From NCBI GenBank assembly GCA_035499455.1, contig DATJYS010000001.1, positions 21,594 through 85,593 of the forward strand: a DNA stretch of 64,000 nucleotides, given 5' to 3'. Shown here one piece after another: positions 35,616 through 44,562 of this stretch. This DNA is from Thermoplasmata archaeon. Lineage in GTDB: Archaea > Thermoplasmatota > Thermoplasmata > Lutacidiplasmatales > UBA184. Positions within the stretch are counted from its first letter, which is position 1. Every line of letters begins with the position of its first letter. Position numbers and translations under genes: made by a program. The notes beneath the pieces are model-generated. The model had not been told where the DNA came from. It saw only the letters and a list, made by a program, of their open reading frames with translations, and made no database searches.

Positions 35616-36219
35616 CCTTCGACTGCGTGCGCCGAGTCTCGCGCCGGTTGCGGCTGCGCGACGGGCGCATCCGCTCGGCGCCCTTGCCGCTCCAGCGGAG
35701 GCCGCGGCCCTCGATCCCCGCGCTGGTGAGGCCGCGGTAGACCCGCCCCTTCTGCGCCGGCGCGGCGATCCAGGCGATCTTCGGGTCCGCGAGGATCTCG
35801 GGGTGGTCGGGGTCGACCAGGATCACCTCGAAGAACTTCTGCTTGCCGTCCTCGCCCACCCAGTAGGAGTTCAGGACCTCGAGGTTCGGATAGTGCTTCT
35901 GCGCCCGCTCCTCGGCGATACGGCGGAGGCTCTTGGCGAGCGTCATCTGGAGAACCCCCTTGTGCTTCGGGCGACGGCCCGCGATGATCGCGCGCTTGCC
36001 CTGCCCGCCGCGGCGCACCCGCACGCGGACGACGAAGTAGCCGCCCTTCGCCCGGAAGCCGACGGCGCGCGCGCGGTCGAGGCGTGTCGGGTACTCGAGC
36101 CGGGTGACCGTCTGCTCGCGGCGCCAGGTGAGCAGGCGTTCGTGCCGGACGGCGGCCCCTTCGGGACCCATCGTCTGACGGAACGACCGCGACATGTAGC
36201 GGTAGGCGGAGGTCGACAT
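35605..36219 (-). CDS. rpl15e: Ribosomal protein L15e
   Basis: RLEYPTRLDRARAVGFRAKGGYFVVRVRVRRGG...LNSYWVGEDGKQKFFEVILVDPDHP...GLTSAGIEGRGL. ATG 36219. Confidence 0.9.
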   Translation of the reverse strand: MSTSAYRYMSRSFRQTMGPEGAAVRHERLLTWRREQTVTRLEYPTRLDRARAVGFRAKGGYFVVRVRVRRGGQGKRAIIAGRRPKHKGVLQMTLAKSLRRIAEERAQKHYPNLEVLNSYWVGEDGKQKFFEVILVDPDHPEILADPKIAWIAAPAQKGRVYRGLTSAGIEGRGLRWSGKGAERMRPSRSRNRRETRRTQSKVIP

Positions 36220-36247
36220 CGAGAGCGGCGCGGGGACCCGGGCCCCG

Positions 36248-36255
36248 TTAATAAG
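36248..36255 (-). promoter_or_regulatory. TATA-like element for L15e
   Basis: ttaataag (reads CTTATTAA on the coding strand), 29-36 nt upstream of the L15e ATG. Confidence 0.45.
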
Positions 36256-36317
36256 CCTGCCGACGCGGCGCCCCGCCGGGGAGGCGCGCTCGAGGGGGCG
36301 GGCGGTCCAACCCCCGT

Positions 36318-36476
36318 TCAGAAGCCGAAGAAACCGCTCGCGCCGCGCAGGATCTGGGAGAACGTGAGCCCGAAGTGATAGAGGGCGAACGCCCCGACGA
36401 GGACGACGCCAAGGCTCACCACGGCGTCGAGCAGCACGCCGCCGCGGACGGACCGGATCCGGCGCATGGAGCCCAT
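36318..36476 (-). CDS. Untracked small membrane protein (52 aa)
   Basis: ATG...TGA read by hand: MGSMRRIRSVRGGVLLDAVVSLGVVLVGAFALYHFGLTFSQILRGASGFFGF. One TM helix. Third-codon positions nearly all G/C. Below the track length cutoff. Confidence 0.45.
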   Translation of the reverse strand: MGSMRRIRSVRGGVLLDAVVSLGVVLVGAFALYHFGLTFSQILRGASGFFGF

Positions 36477-36569
36477 CGAACGACCCCCGGGAGAAGTACG
36501 GAGGCGGGCCGGCGGGATATAGTTCTCGTCCGGCGGTTATACGCCGCCGAGGGCGGCACGCCGTCCGGT

Positions 36570-36983
36570 TCACGCGCCGGCGGGCTTGGCCGGCGCCCAC
36601 GGCAGCCGCGAGGCGCTCGGGCGGACGACCTTCGCGGTGGCATGGCTCTCGGTGGCGATGGCGCGCTCGAGATGGCTCGTGATCTCGCGCACGAGACGGT
36701 CCATCCTCGGCATCTCGTCGAGCGGGATCGTCACCGGGCTCTCCCAGATGACCGCGGCGCCGCCGCTGGTCGGATAGAGGCGGAAGGCGAGGGAGCTCGC
36801 GCCGGGTGGCACCGCGGGATTCATCCGCCCGAGGCGGCCGCGCACGCGGCTCACGGGAGATTCGCTCGACTCCTCCTTCTCGACGGTGTAGCCGAGGGTC
36901 TCGAGGTAGTCGACCAGGTAGCCGGCGAACCGCTCGCGCCCGATGCCGCGCACCCGCAGCCAGTCACCTTCTTCGCTTGCCAT
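36570..36983 (-). CDS. Hypothetical protein (137 aa)
   Basis: MASEEGDWLRVRGIGRERFAGYLVDYLETLGYTVEKEE... G/C-rich third positions. No family recognised. Confidence 0.5.
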   Translation of the reverse strand: MASEEGDWLRVRGIGRERFAGYLVDYLETLGYTVEKEESSESPVSRVRGRLGRMNPAVPPGASSLAFRLYPTSGGAAVIWESPVTIPLDEMPRMDRLVREITSHLERAIATESHATAKVVRPSASRLPWAPAKPAGA

Positions 36984-37716
36984 GAGGAACTCCCCGGTCC
37001 AACGTGCTGCCGAGGCTCCTCAGGAGCCCCAGCATCATCCGGTACTCCGCCTCGGTGGGCGTCGCCCGGCCGAGGACGCGACGAAACAGGAGGATTAAAC
37101 CCCGTCGTTTGTGGTGCGGGTACGGGGTGCGGGCGACGAGCTCGCCGAGACGGGCCAGGAACAGCTCCTTCTCCCGGCCGTTCAGCGCCACGACCTCGGG
37201 CGCCGGCGTCGTCTCCGGATCGAGCGGTCCGCGCGCTCGGTGGAGCGCGTAGAGGACGACCGCGACCGCGTGCGAGACGTTGAGGGTCGGGAACTCCCGG
37301 CGGGCCGGGATATGGACGAGCAGGTCGCACCGCTCGAGCTCGGTCCGCGAGAGGCCGTTGTCCTCGGGGCCGAAGACGACCGCGAGCTGCCCCTCGAGGG
37401 AGCGGGCGATCTCGCCGAGGCGCTCGGGGCTCACGGACCGGCGGAGGTAGGCGGTCGACCGGCCCGTCGAGAGGTCGGTCGTCCCGACGACGAGGTCGCA
37501 CGGCGCGACCGCCGCGTCGAGGGACCGGTGCCGCTCGGCCGACGTGAGCAGCGCGAGGCCCCCCATCGCCCGCCGGCGTGCCTCCTGCCCGACCCGGGCC
37601 CGAGGGGCGACGAGGGCGAGACGCTCAACCCCGAAGTTCCGGGCGGCCCGGGCGGCTGCGCCGACGTTCCCATCCTCCTTCGGACGGACGAGGACCACCG
37701 TCAGGCGGGCCGTCAC
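36964..37716 (-). CDS. SpoU/TrmH-family RNA 2'-O-methyltransferase (TrmJ-like)
   Basis: LTVVLVRPKEDGNVGAAARAARNFG...LAVVFGPEDNGLSRTELERCDLLVHIPARREFPTLNVSHAVAVVLY. GTG 37716 overlaps the FtsY stop (GTGA). Confidence 0.8.
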   Translation of the reverse strand: MTARLTVVLVRPKEDGNVGAAARAARNFGVERLALVAPRARVGQEARRRAMGGLALLTSAERHRSLDAAVAPCDLVVGTTDLSTGRSTAYLRRSVSPERLGEIARSLEGQLAVVFGPEDNGLSRTELERCDLLVHIPARREFPTLNVSHAVAVVLYALHRARGPLDPETTPAPEVVALNGREKELFLARLGELVARTPYPHHKRRGLILLFRRVLGRATPTEAEYRMMLGLLRSLGSTLDRGVPHGKRRR

Positions 37717-38789
37717 CCGGCCGCCTCCTCCGCGAAGAGGCGCTGGACCATCCAGTCCGGATCGAACGGCATCAGGTCGGCGTAGCCCTGGCCGACGCCG
37801 ACGAACAGGATCGGCTTCTTCGTGACGAACGCCGTGCTCAGCGCGGCGCCGCCCTTCGCGTCGGCGTCCAGCTTCGTCAGCACGAGCCCGTCGATGCCGA
37901 GCGCTTTGTCGAACAGGCGGGCCTGCTCCACGACGTCGTTCCCCGAAAGGGCGTCGCCGACGAACAGCGTGAGCGTCGGGACGGCGACCCGCCGGATCTT
38001 CTTCGCCTCCTCGACCAGGTTCTCGTTCGTGTGCTGCCGGCCGGCGGTATCGATCAGCACGACGTCGATCCCCTTCGCCTTCGCGTGCGCGACCGCGTCG
38101 AACGCGACGGCCGCGGGGTCCGAGCCTTCCTGCTGGCGGATGACGCGCACCCCGAGCCGCTCGCCGTGCGTCAGAAGCTGCTCGATCGCCCCCGCCCGGA
38201 ACGTGTCCCCGGCCGCGATCGCGCTCGAGAAACCTTGGGCGCGCAGCCACCCGGCGAACTTGGCGACCGTCGTCGTCTTGCCGGTGCCGTTGACCCCGAC
38301 GAACATGATGATGTACGGTTTCGGCTGGTAGGCGCGGATTGCCGCGGCGAGGTCGAGGGTGTTCCGGCCGAGGATCGCCCGGACGGACCGCTCGAGGCAG
38401 GCCCGGATCGCCTCCTCTTCCTCCACGCCGTGCTTGAGCTTCCGCCCCGCGAGCTCCCGGACGAGGTCCCGACGCAGTCGTTCGATCACGGGGAGCGCTA
38501 CGTCCGACTGGAGCAGCACGATCTCGAGGTCGTCCAGCACGTCGTCGATCGCGCCTTCCTTCAGCTTGCGCGCGAGGAAGCCGCCGCCGAACAGCGCGTC
38601 GTCGGAGACGGGGGGAGGCGCGACGGACGGTTCGGTCGACCGTCCCGGCCGAGGCGCGGTCGAACGGGCCGGCGCGGCGGTGGTCGACGGGCGCGCGACC
38701 GGAGGGGGGGGAACGGGTGCCGTCGATTCAGGCCCGGACGGCTCGGACTCCGATGAACGTCGGAGACGCGCCTTAATCGCGGCCCACAT
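37713..38789 (-). CDS. ftsY: Signal recognition particle receptor FtsY
   Basis: IIMFVGVNGTGKTTTVAKFAGWL...AAGDTFRAGAIEQL...VLIDTAGRQH...LVLTKLDADAKGGAALS. Start ATG 38789 (MWAAIKARL) or 38822. Confidence 0.9.
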   Translation of the reverse strand: MWAAIKARLRRSSESEPSGPESTAPVPPPPVARPSTTAAPARSTAPRPGRSTEPSVAPPPVSDDALFGGGFLARKLKEGAIDDVLDDLEIVLLQSDVALPVIERLRRDLVRELAGRKLKHGVEEEEAIRACLERSVRAILGRNTLDLAAAIRAYQPKPYIIMFVGVNGTGKTTTVAKFAGWLRAQGFSSAIAAGDTFRAGAIEQLLTHGERLGVRVIRQQEGSDPAAVAFDAVAHAKAKGIDVVLIDTAGRQHTNENLVEEAKKIRRVAVPTLTLFVGDALSGNDVVEQARLFDKALGIDGLVLTKLDADAKGGAALSTAFVTKKPILFVGVGQGYADLMPFDPDWMVQRLFAEEAAG

Positions 38790-39246
38790 CGGACGGCGCC
38801 CTCGCCGAGCGCGACGCGGCATCCAAGCGGCGGGAGAGGAGCTGGATCCGCTCGTCGACCGCCCCCATCTGGGATTCGATGTCCTGGACCGCCTGCTCGA
38901 TCCGGGTGATCCGTTGGGCGATCACCTCGGCCGCCTGCGCCCGGTTCATCTCGGTGGCGATCCCGGAGCCGATCCCGACCAGGACCGGGGACTCCCGGTG
39001 CACTCGGCCTCGGACGTACGCTTCTCCGCCGAGGGGGAGGAGGATCTCGTCGCTGGACGTCGCCCGGTCGATCCCTTCGAGGCTTTCGCGGGCGCGCAGG
39101 TGGTCCTGCCGGGACGCGACCAGGATCTGGTGCTGCTGCACGAGTCCGTTCAGCTGGGAACGGTAGGCGTCCAACCGGATCAGGTCCTCCTGGACCTGCT
39201 GCTCCGTGGGAGCCGGCGGTTCGCCGTCGGGGCTGCGTTGCGCCAT
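38773..39246 (-). CDS. pfdA: Prefoldin alpha subunit
   Basis: Coiled coil - beta hairpins - coiled coil: LIRLDAYRSQLNGLVQQHQIL...ILLPLGGEAYVRGRV...VLVGIGSGIATEMNRAQAAEVIAQRITRIEQAV. Confidence 0.85.
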   Translation of the reverse strand: MAQRSPDGEPPAPTEQQVQEDLIRLDAYRSQLNGLVQQHQILVASRQDHLRARESLEGIDRATSSDEILLPLGGEAYVRGRVHRESPVLVGIGSGIATEMNRAQAAEVIAQRITRIEQAVQDIESQMGAVDERIQLLSRRLDAASRSARAPSDVGRD

Positions 39247-39343
39247 GAGCGGACCGAGGGACGCCGGGGCCGTCTTAACGGTTGGCGCGACCCCGGGAGG
39301 GGTCCGGGTCGGGGGAACGATTCTCGCCCGGGCGGCGACGATC

Positions 39344-39532
39344 TCACGCCGAGGGTGTCGGCGAGACGGAGTCGACCCGGATCTCGTGGCGCTTCACGTG
39401 ATGGCAGCCCCCGATCTCGGAGAGCGCCCACTCCCGGGCGATCTCCTCGGAGTCGGCGTCGTGCCTCTTGGTGAACGGCTGCCAGTACCCGCGTCGGGCG
39501 TAGAACGATCCGGTCACGGTGAAGCTGGGCAT
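39344..39532 (-). CDS. rplX: Ribosomal protein LX (L18Ae/L20A)
   Basis: MPSFTVTGSFYARRGYWQPFTKRHDADSEEIAREWALSEIGGCHHVKRHEIRV. Conserved LX-PfdA-FtsY order. Confidence 0.8.
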   Translation of the reverse strand: MPSFTVTGSFYARRGYWQPFTKRHDADSEEIAREWALSEIGGCHHVKRHEIRVDSVSPTPSA

Positions 39533-39572
39533 CGAACGGCTCCTCGGCGGGCGGCCCACCCGGGGGCGTCTA

Positions 39573-39851
39573 TTAAACCTGCTCGGGGGCGCTCGAAGCG
39601 GCCTGGTCGGCCGCGCGCGCGGCCCGGTCGGCCGCTTCGAACCGGGCGCGCTCGGCGAGCCAGCGACGTTGGCGCTCCTGGAGCGCCGACGCCGAGCCGC
39701 CCGGCATCTCCTCGATCGGCGCGCGCTTCGGCTTCTCGATCGGAGCGGCGACGTCGATCGCGGGCTCCGGCTCGGAGGGCGTTCCCTCGTCGCTGAGGTC
39801 TGGATCGAGACGGCGCTGGGCTATCCCGCGAGCTGGGCGACGTGCTTCCAT
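39573..39851 (-). CDS. Hypothetical acidic/helical protein (92 aa)
   Basis: MEARRPARG...PIEKPKRAPIEEMPGGSASALQERQRRWLAERARFEAADRAARAADQ. G/C-rich third positions downstream of the 31-nt overlap with the ThiI-like gene. Start uncertain. Confidence 0.4.
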   Translation of the reverse strand: MEARRPARGIAQRRLDPDLSDEGTPSEPEPAIDVAAPIEKPKRAPIEEMPGGSASALQERQRRWLAERARFEAADRAARAADQAASSAPEQV

Positions 39852-40720
39852 CGTTCCTCCACTTCTTCGTCGGTCAGCCCGACGGTCGGCGAGAAGAGGA
39901 CCCGGTCCCCCCACGCCTCCCGTTGCGCGGCGAACTCGTCGACGCCGAGCGGAAGGACGATCCCGTCCGCCCGGGAGCGGTCGGCGAGCTTCGAGAGGAC
40001 CCCGGCCCAGCCGGCCGCCTCGGTCGACGGCCGGTCCACGACTACGGCGGGGTCGAAGTGCGCGAGGACGTCCCGCACGAACGGCGTCGCCGCGTCCGGG
40101 GCGACTACGGCGACCCGGCATCCTCGCTTCATCATCATGTAGGCGCCGAGCGCGCCGCGGGGGCCGTCGACCAGAGCGACCAGATGGCCCGCGACACCGA
40201 GCGGCAGGCCTCCCGGACCGTCGGCGCGGTCGAACGAAAGATACGTTCGGGGACCCCGGACCTCGACGAACAGTTCGACCGACGGGTGGGTGAGATCGAC
40301 CTTCAGCGCCCGATCGGCGAACTTCTCGAGGAGGTCCCCTCCCAGGTCGCGCGCGAGCTCCTGGCTCGTGAACGGGTGGGAGCCGGTGCGGCGGGCGCGG
40401 ACGGCGAACCTCGTGTGGGGCGGAAGGCGCGGGTCGGCGAGCTCGAGAAGTCGGTCCCGGATCTGTGTCCGGTCGGTCGGCACCTCGTACACCACGCTCG
40501 CCGAGGTGACCCCGAAGACGCGGCGGACCAACCGCAGCGCGGCGTCCGGCACGTCGGCTTCGACGTAGAGGTGCCCTCGGTCAGAGCGCAGTCGGGCGGG
40601 GATCCCTTCACGGACGAACTGGTCGAGGATGTTCCGTCGCAGCGCGGACTCGAACTCGCGACGGACCGGGGGGGATTTCAGCGCGAGCTCGCCGTAGCGC
40701 ACCAGGACGAGCCCCGCCAT
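39821..40720 (-). CDS. ThiI-like THUMP-domain protein with degenerate PP-loop
   Basis: N-terminal ferredoxin-like + THUMP: LVLVRYGELALKSPPVRREFE...RFAVRARRTGSHPFTSQELARDLGG. The PP-loop position reads LVALVDGPRGALGAYMMMKRGCRV instead of SGGxDSxVA. ATG 40720. Confidence 0.7.
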   Translation of the reverse strand: MAGLVLVRYGELALKSPPVRREFESALRRNILDQFVREGIPARLRSDRGHLYVEADVPDAALRLVRRVFGVTSASVVYEVPTDRTQIRDRLLELADPRLPPHTRFAVRARRTGSHPFTSQELARDLGGDLLEKFADRALKVDLTHPSVELFVEVRGPRTYLSFDRADGPGGLPLGVAGHLVALVDGPRGALGAYMMMKRGCRVAVVAPDAATPFVRDVLAHFDPAVVVDRPSTEAAGWAGVLSKLADRSRADGIVLPLGVDEFAAQREAWGDRVLFSPTVGLTDEEVEERWKHVAQLAG

Positions 40721-40772
40721 CGAGAAGGTTAAGACGAGCCCGCCGCTAAAGCGCTTCCCGCGAGCGAGGGCG

Positions 40773-42569
40773 ATGACGTCGGATCCGGCGCACCTCGCCC
40801 CTTCCACCGATCCGTGGGAACCGTTCCTCGCCGCGATCGCGGCGGGACTCAGCGCCGCGGCGTCGACGGCAGGGGTCTCGGTGGAGCCGGCCGCGTTGCT
40901 TGGCCAACTGAACCTGAGCCCGGGTCCGCAGGGGGAGGTCGCCTGGCCGGTGCATCGCCTCGCGGCGGGCGCGCGCCGGGCCCCTCCGGAGCTCGCGGCG
41001 GCGATCGTTGCGGCGTTCCCGACGACGAGCGGAGTCACGCAGGCGACGGCGACCGGGGCGTACGTGAACGTCCGCCTGGACGCCGCTTCTCTCGTTCAGC
41101 GCACGCTCGAGACCGTCTTCCGTTGGGGGGAGGCGTACGGGCACCGACCGCCGGAGGGGCCCAGAGCGTGTGTCGAGCATACGAGCGCCAACGCGACCGG
41201 GCCGTTCCATATCGGGCGGGTACGGAACGCGATCATCGGCGACACTTTCGCGAGGACCCTGCGGGCTTCGGGAGTCCCTGTAACGACGCAGTACTACGTG
41301 GACGACATGGGTCGGCAGGCCGCGATGATCACCTGGATCTGGTCGATGGACCGCAGCCGCTGGCCCGTACCGATCCGGGAGGCGGTCGAGGGGAAGGAGG
41401 CGCCCGGCGAGAAACCGGATGCGCATCGGGGGCGACCGTACCCCGCGGTCAGCGCGTACCTGAAGGAGCACCCCGAGGCCCAGGCGGAGGTCGCGGAGAT
41501 CGTGCACCAGCTCGAATCGGGCGGCGCCCCGCCGCGCCACCACGAACTGACCCAGTCGATCCTCGACGGGATGATCGCCTCCCTCGCGCGGCTGGGGATC
41601 TCGTTCGATGAGTTCGTCTGGGAGTCGAGCTTCATCACCGACGGCTCCGTCGACCGGGTCCTAGAACGCCTCCGGGCGGCGCCGCACGCGGTCCGCGAGG
41701 AGAACGACGCGCTCGCCATCGAGACGGCGAGCTACGGCCTGCCGAAGGAGTCGACCCGGGTCGTCGTGCAACGGGGGAACGGGACGAGCCTCTACGTGAC
41801 GCGCGACATCGCCTACCACCTCGCGAAGTTCGCCCGGTTCGCGCGGGTGATCGACGTCCTGGGCCAGGACCACCAGCTCCACGCCCGCACCCTCGACGCG
41901 CTGCTCGCGGAGATCGGGGAGTCCCGCCGCCCGGAGTTCATCATCTACCAGGACATCACCGTCCCCGACGGCGGTCGGATGTCCACGCGCGGCGGCTCCG
42001 CGGTCTGGCTCGACGAGCTCCTCAAGGAGGCGGTCGAACGCGCCCGCCGGGAGGTGATCGCCCGCCGGACCGACCTTTCCGAGGCGGACGTCGAGCGGAT
42101 CGCGGAGGCGGTGGCGACCAGCGCCGTCCGCTACCACATCGTCCGGGTCGCGCCGGAGAAGCCGGTAGTCTTCCGCTGGGAGGACGCGCTCTCGTTCGAA
42201 GGGCGGAGCGGACCGTTCGTGCAGTACTCCTACGCGCGCGCCGCGAGCCTCCTGCGGAAGGCCGAGGGGATCGCTCCGCCGTACGCCTACGACCCCGCGC
42301 TGCTCGCCGACCCCGAGGAGGTCGCCCTCGTCCGGGTGGTCGCGAGCCTCCCCCGGGCCGTCGAGTACGCCGCGCGGTCGACGCACGTGCAGGGGATCGC
42401 GGCGTACGCCCACGATCTCGCCGACCAGTTCAACCGGTTCTACCACGCGGTGCCCGTGCTGAAATCGGGCGCGGAGCGGGCGAGCCGGGTCGCCCTCGTG
42501 GCGGCGGTCCGGCAGACGCTCGGCAACAGCCTCGACCTCCTCGGGGTCACGCGGCTCGAGTCGATGTGA
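40773..42569 (+). CDS. argS: Arginine--tRNA ligase
   Basis: VEHTSANATGPFHIGRVRNAIIGD (HIGH region), MSTRGGS (KMSKS-like), and a C-terminal DALR anticodon-binding pattern. Confidence 0.9.
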   Translation: MTSDPAHLAPSTDPWEPFLAAIAAGLSAAASTAGVSVEPAALLGQLNLSPGPQGEVAWPVHRLAAGARRAPPELAAAIVAAFPTTSGVTQATATGAYVNVRLDAASLVQRTLETVFRWGEAYGHRPPEGPRACVEHTSANATGPFHIGRVRNAIIGDTFARTLRASGVPVTTQYYVDDMGRQAAMITWIWSMDRSRWPVPIREAVEGKEAPGEKPDAHRGRPYPAVSAYLKEHPEAQAEVAEIVHQLESGGAPPRHHELTQSILDGMIASLARLGISFDEFVWESSFITDGSVDRVLERLRAAPHAVREENDALAIETASYGLPKESTRVVVQRGNGTSLYVTRDIAYHLAKFARFARVIDVLGQDHQLHARTLDALLAEIGESRRPEFIIYQDITVPDGGRMSTRGGSAVWLDELLKEAVERARREVIARRTDLSEADVERIAEAVATSAVRYHIVRVAPEKPVVFRWEDALSFEGRSGPFVQYSYARAASLLRKAEGIAPPYAYDPALLADPEEVALVRVVASLPRAVEYAARSTHVQGIAAYAHDLADQFNRFYHAVPVLKSGAERASRVALVAAVRQTLGNSLDLLGVTRLESM

Positions 42570-42629
42570 TCCGGGCGCCGCGCAACGACCTTATACCGAG
42601 TCCGGGTCGCCCCGTGGGGGAGCGCCGAC

Positions 42630-43058
42630 ATGGGATCGATCCGCGAGGACTTCGGGAAGTTCATCCGGCAGGGGAATCTCGTCCAGCTGGCGGTCGCCTT
42701 CGTCATGGGCGCGGCGTTCTCCGCCCTCGTCACCGCCCTCGTCTCCGACATCTTCACGCCGCTCATCGGCGTCGCCGGCCACTTCAACTTCGATGGGTGG
42801 GTCTTCCATCTGCGGGGCAGCGAGTTCATGCAGGGCGCGTTCCTGAACGCGCTCATCTCGTTCGTGACCATCGCGGTCGTCGTGTTCTTCTTCATCGCGC
42901 TCCCGTACCAGCGGTACATGGACCGCAAGGCCGCGAAGGCCGGCCCGGCCCCCGCGACGACGCGACCGTGCCCCGAGTGCCTTTCCGCGATCCCGCTGGC
43001 GGCGAAGCGCTGCTCGTGCTGCACTTCGCCGGTCGTCCCGGCCACGCCGCCGAGCTAA
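42630..43058 (+). CDS. mscL: Large-conductance mechanosensitive channel MscL with C-terminal zinc ribbon
   Basis: FGKFIRQGNLVQLAVAFVMGAAFSALVTALVSDIFTPLIGV. Second TM at FVTIAVVVFFFIALP. Tail CPECLSAIPLAAKRCSCC. Confidence 0.85.
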   Translation: MGSIREDFGKFIRQGNLVQLAVAFVMGAAFSALVTALVSDIFTPLIGVAGHFNFDGWVFHLRGSEFMQGAFLNALISFVTIAVVVFFFIALPYQRYMDRKAAKAGPAPATTRPCPECLSAIPLAAKRCSCCTSPVVPATPPS

Positions 43059-43759
43059 CCGCCCGTCCGTCGAACGACGGTGGGATCCTCGACCCCGGCG
43101 GCCGCGAATCCCCGGGCCCTCAGTCGGCAGGAGTCGCACCGGCCGCACGGCCGGCGGCCCCCCGCGTAGCAGCTCCACGTGAGCGCCCACGGCACGCCGA
43201 GCCGCTCCCCGAGCCGGACGATCTCCGCCTTCGAGAGGCGTAGCAGGGGCGCACGAACGCGGAATCGGCGAGCGCCGACCCGTCCGGCCTTCGTGCCGAG
43301 GCGCGCGAGGCGCTCGAACGCGCGCAGGAAATCGGGGCGGCAGTCGGGGTATCCCGAGTAGTCGATCGCGTTCGCGCCGATCCAGATCGACCCCAGCCGA
43401 TGGCTCTCCGCGTAGCCGAGCGCCACCGAGAGCAGGATCGTGTTGCGGGCGGGTACGTAGGTGGACGGGATCACGCCGGGACGCGGCCCTCGGGTCGGGA
43501 GCCTTCGGTTCCGGCGGGTCAGCGAGGAGTCGATCAGCGCGGCGAGCGGCAGGCGGAGCTCCGTGTGGCGGTGCGCGCCGAGCCGGCGCGCCAGCGCCCG
43601 CGCCGCCCGCAGCTCTCGGGCGTGCCGCTGACCGTATTCGATGGTGAGGGCGTGCGTCGGCGCCCCGGTCCGGACGGCGAGCGCCAGGCACGTGGCCGAA
43701 TCCATCCCGCCCGAGAGGAGGACGACGTTTCCGTCCCGGGCGCGCGGATCGCTCACCAC
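43055..43759 (-). CDS. queC: 7-cyano-7-deazaguanine synthase
   Basis: VVLLSGGMDSATCLALAV (PP-loop), IEYGQRHARE, and the C-terminal Zn cluster CYAGGRRPCGRCDSCRLR. Confidence 0.9.
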   Translation of the reverse strand: MVSDPRARDGNVVLLSGGMDSATCLALAVRTGAPTHALTIEYGQRHARELRAARALARRLGAHRHTELRLPLAALIDSSLTRRNRRLPTRGPRPGVIPSTYVPARNTILLSVALGYAESHRLGSIWIGANAIDYSGYPDCRPDFLRAFERLARLGTKAGRVGARRFRVRAPLLRLSKAEIVRLGERLGVPWALTWSCYAGGRRPCGRCDSCRLRARGFAAAGVEDPTVVRRTGG

Positions 43760-44508
43760 CCGCCTCCCAGCGCCCGGACCAGGGCGTACGCGATCGCCAC
43801 GCTCGAGAGCATCGCGACGAAGTTGGTGCCGCCTTTACCGAGGAGCCCCCGGTTCTCGAGGGCTTCCCCGACGGCCGAGTCGACCTGGCACCCCAGGAAC
43901 CCCGAGGCCGTCACGATGCCGACGAACGCCGCCGCCCCGCCGAACGGCGTCCGGAAAGCGAAGAAGAGGAGAAGACCGACCGCCGCGGTGACGACGGAGG
44001 CCGCTAGGGCAAAGAGCTCCCCCATAGCCGAGACCCCCCCGTTCGTCCCGGGTGCGACCGGCCGCATCGTGAAGATGCTGCGGGCACGGCCCGAGAGGAC
44101 CCCGAACTCGCTCGCGAACGTGTCCGCACCCCCGAAGGCGAGCGCGCTGGCGAAGAGGATCGCGACCGTGCCGACGGCGGCCGGCCATGCGGCGACCACG
44201 ACCGCGAGACCGGTCGGGACGAGGATGTGGGCCAGGACGTTCGAGATCCCTCGTTCGCCGGCGACCCCTTCCTGCACGCTCTGCTTGCGCTTCTCCTCGA
44301 ACCGATAGCGGGTGGCGAGCGCGCTCGCGCCGACGAACAGGACGAGGAGGATGAGGAACGGGAACCCCCCGAGGATGACGATCACGATGCCGAACGCGGC
44401 CGCGAACCCGCCGGCCGCCGGCGTGAGCGCCCGGCCGATCACCGCGCCGGCCGCGAGGCCGACGGTGGCGGCCGCACCAATGACCGCGGCGAGAACTCCG
44501 AGCACCAC
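43753..44508 (-). CDS. DUF92 / TIGR00297-like integral membrane protein
   Basis: Seven or more hydrophobic helices. GERGISNVLAHILVPTGLAV and SEFGVLSGRARSIFTMRPVAPGTNGGVS resemble the DUF92 (TMEM19-like) pattern. 7-nt overlap with queC. Confidence 0.6.
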   Translation of the reverse strand: MVLGVLAAVIGAAATVGLAAGAVIGRALTPAAGGFAAAFGIVIVILGGFPFLILLVLFVGASALATRYRFEEKRKQSVQEGVAGERGISNVLAHILVPTGLAVVVAAWPAAVGTVAILFASALAFGGADTFASEFGVLSGRARSIFTMRPVAPGTNGGVSAMGELFALAASVVTAAVGLLLFFAFRTPFGGAAAFVGIVTASGFLGCQVDSAVGEALENRGLLGKGGTNFVAMLSSVAIAYALVRALGGGW

Positions 44509-44562
44509 GGGCGTCCGTCGGCGCAGGGGGGCGCGGCCTTAACGGCTTCGACGGCGGCGGGA

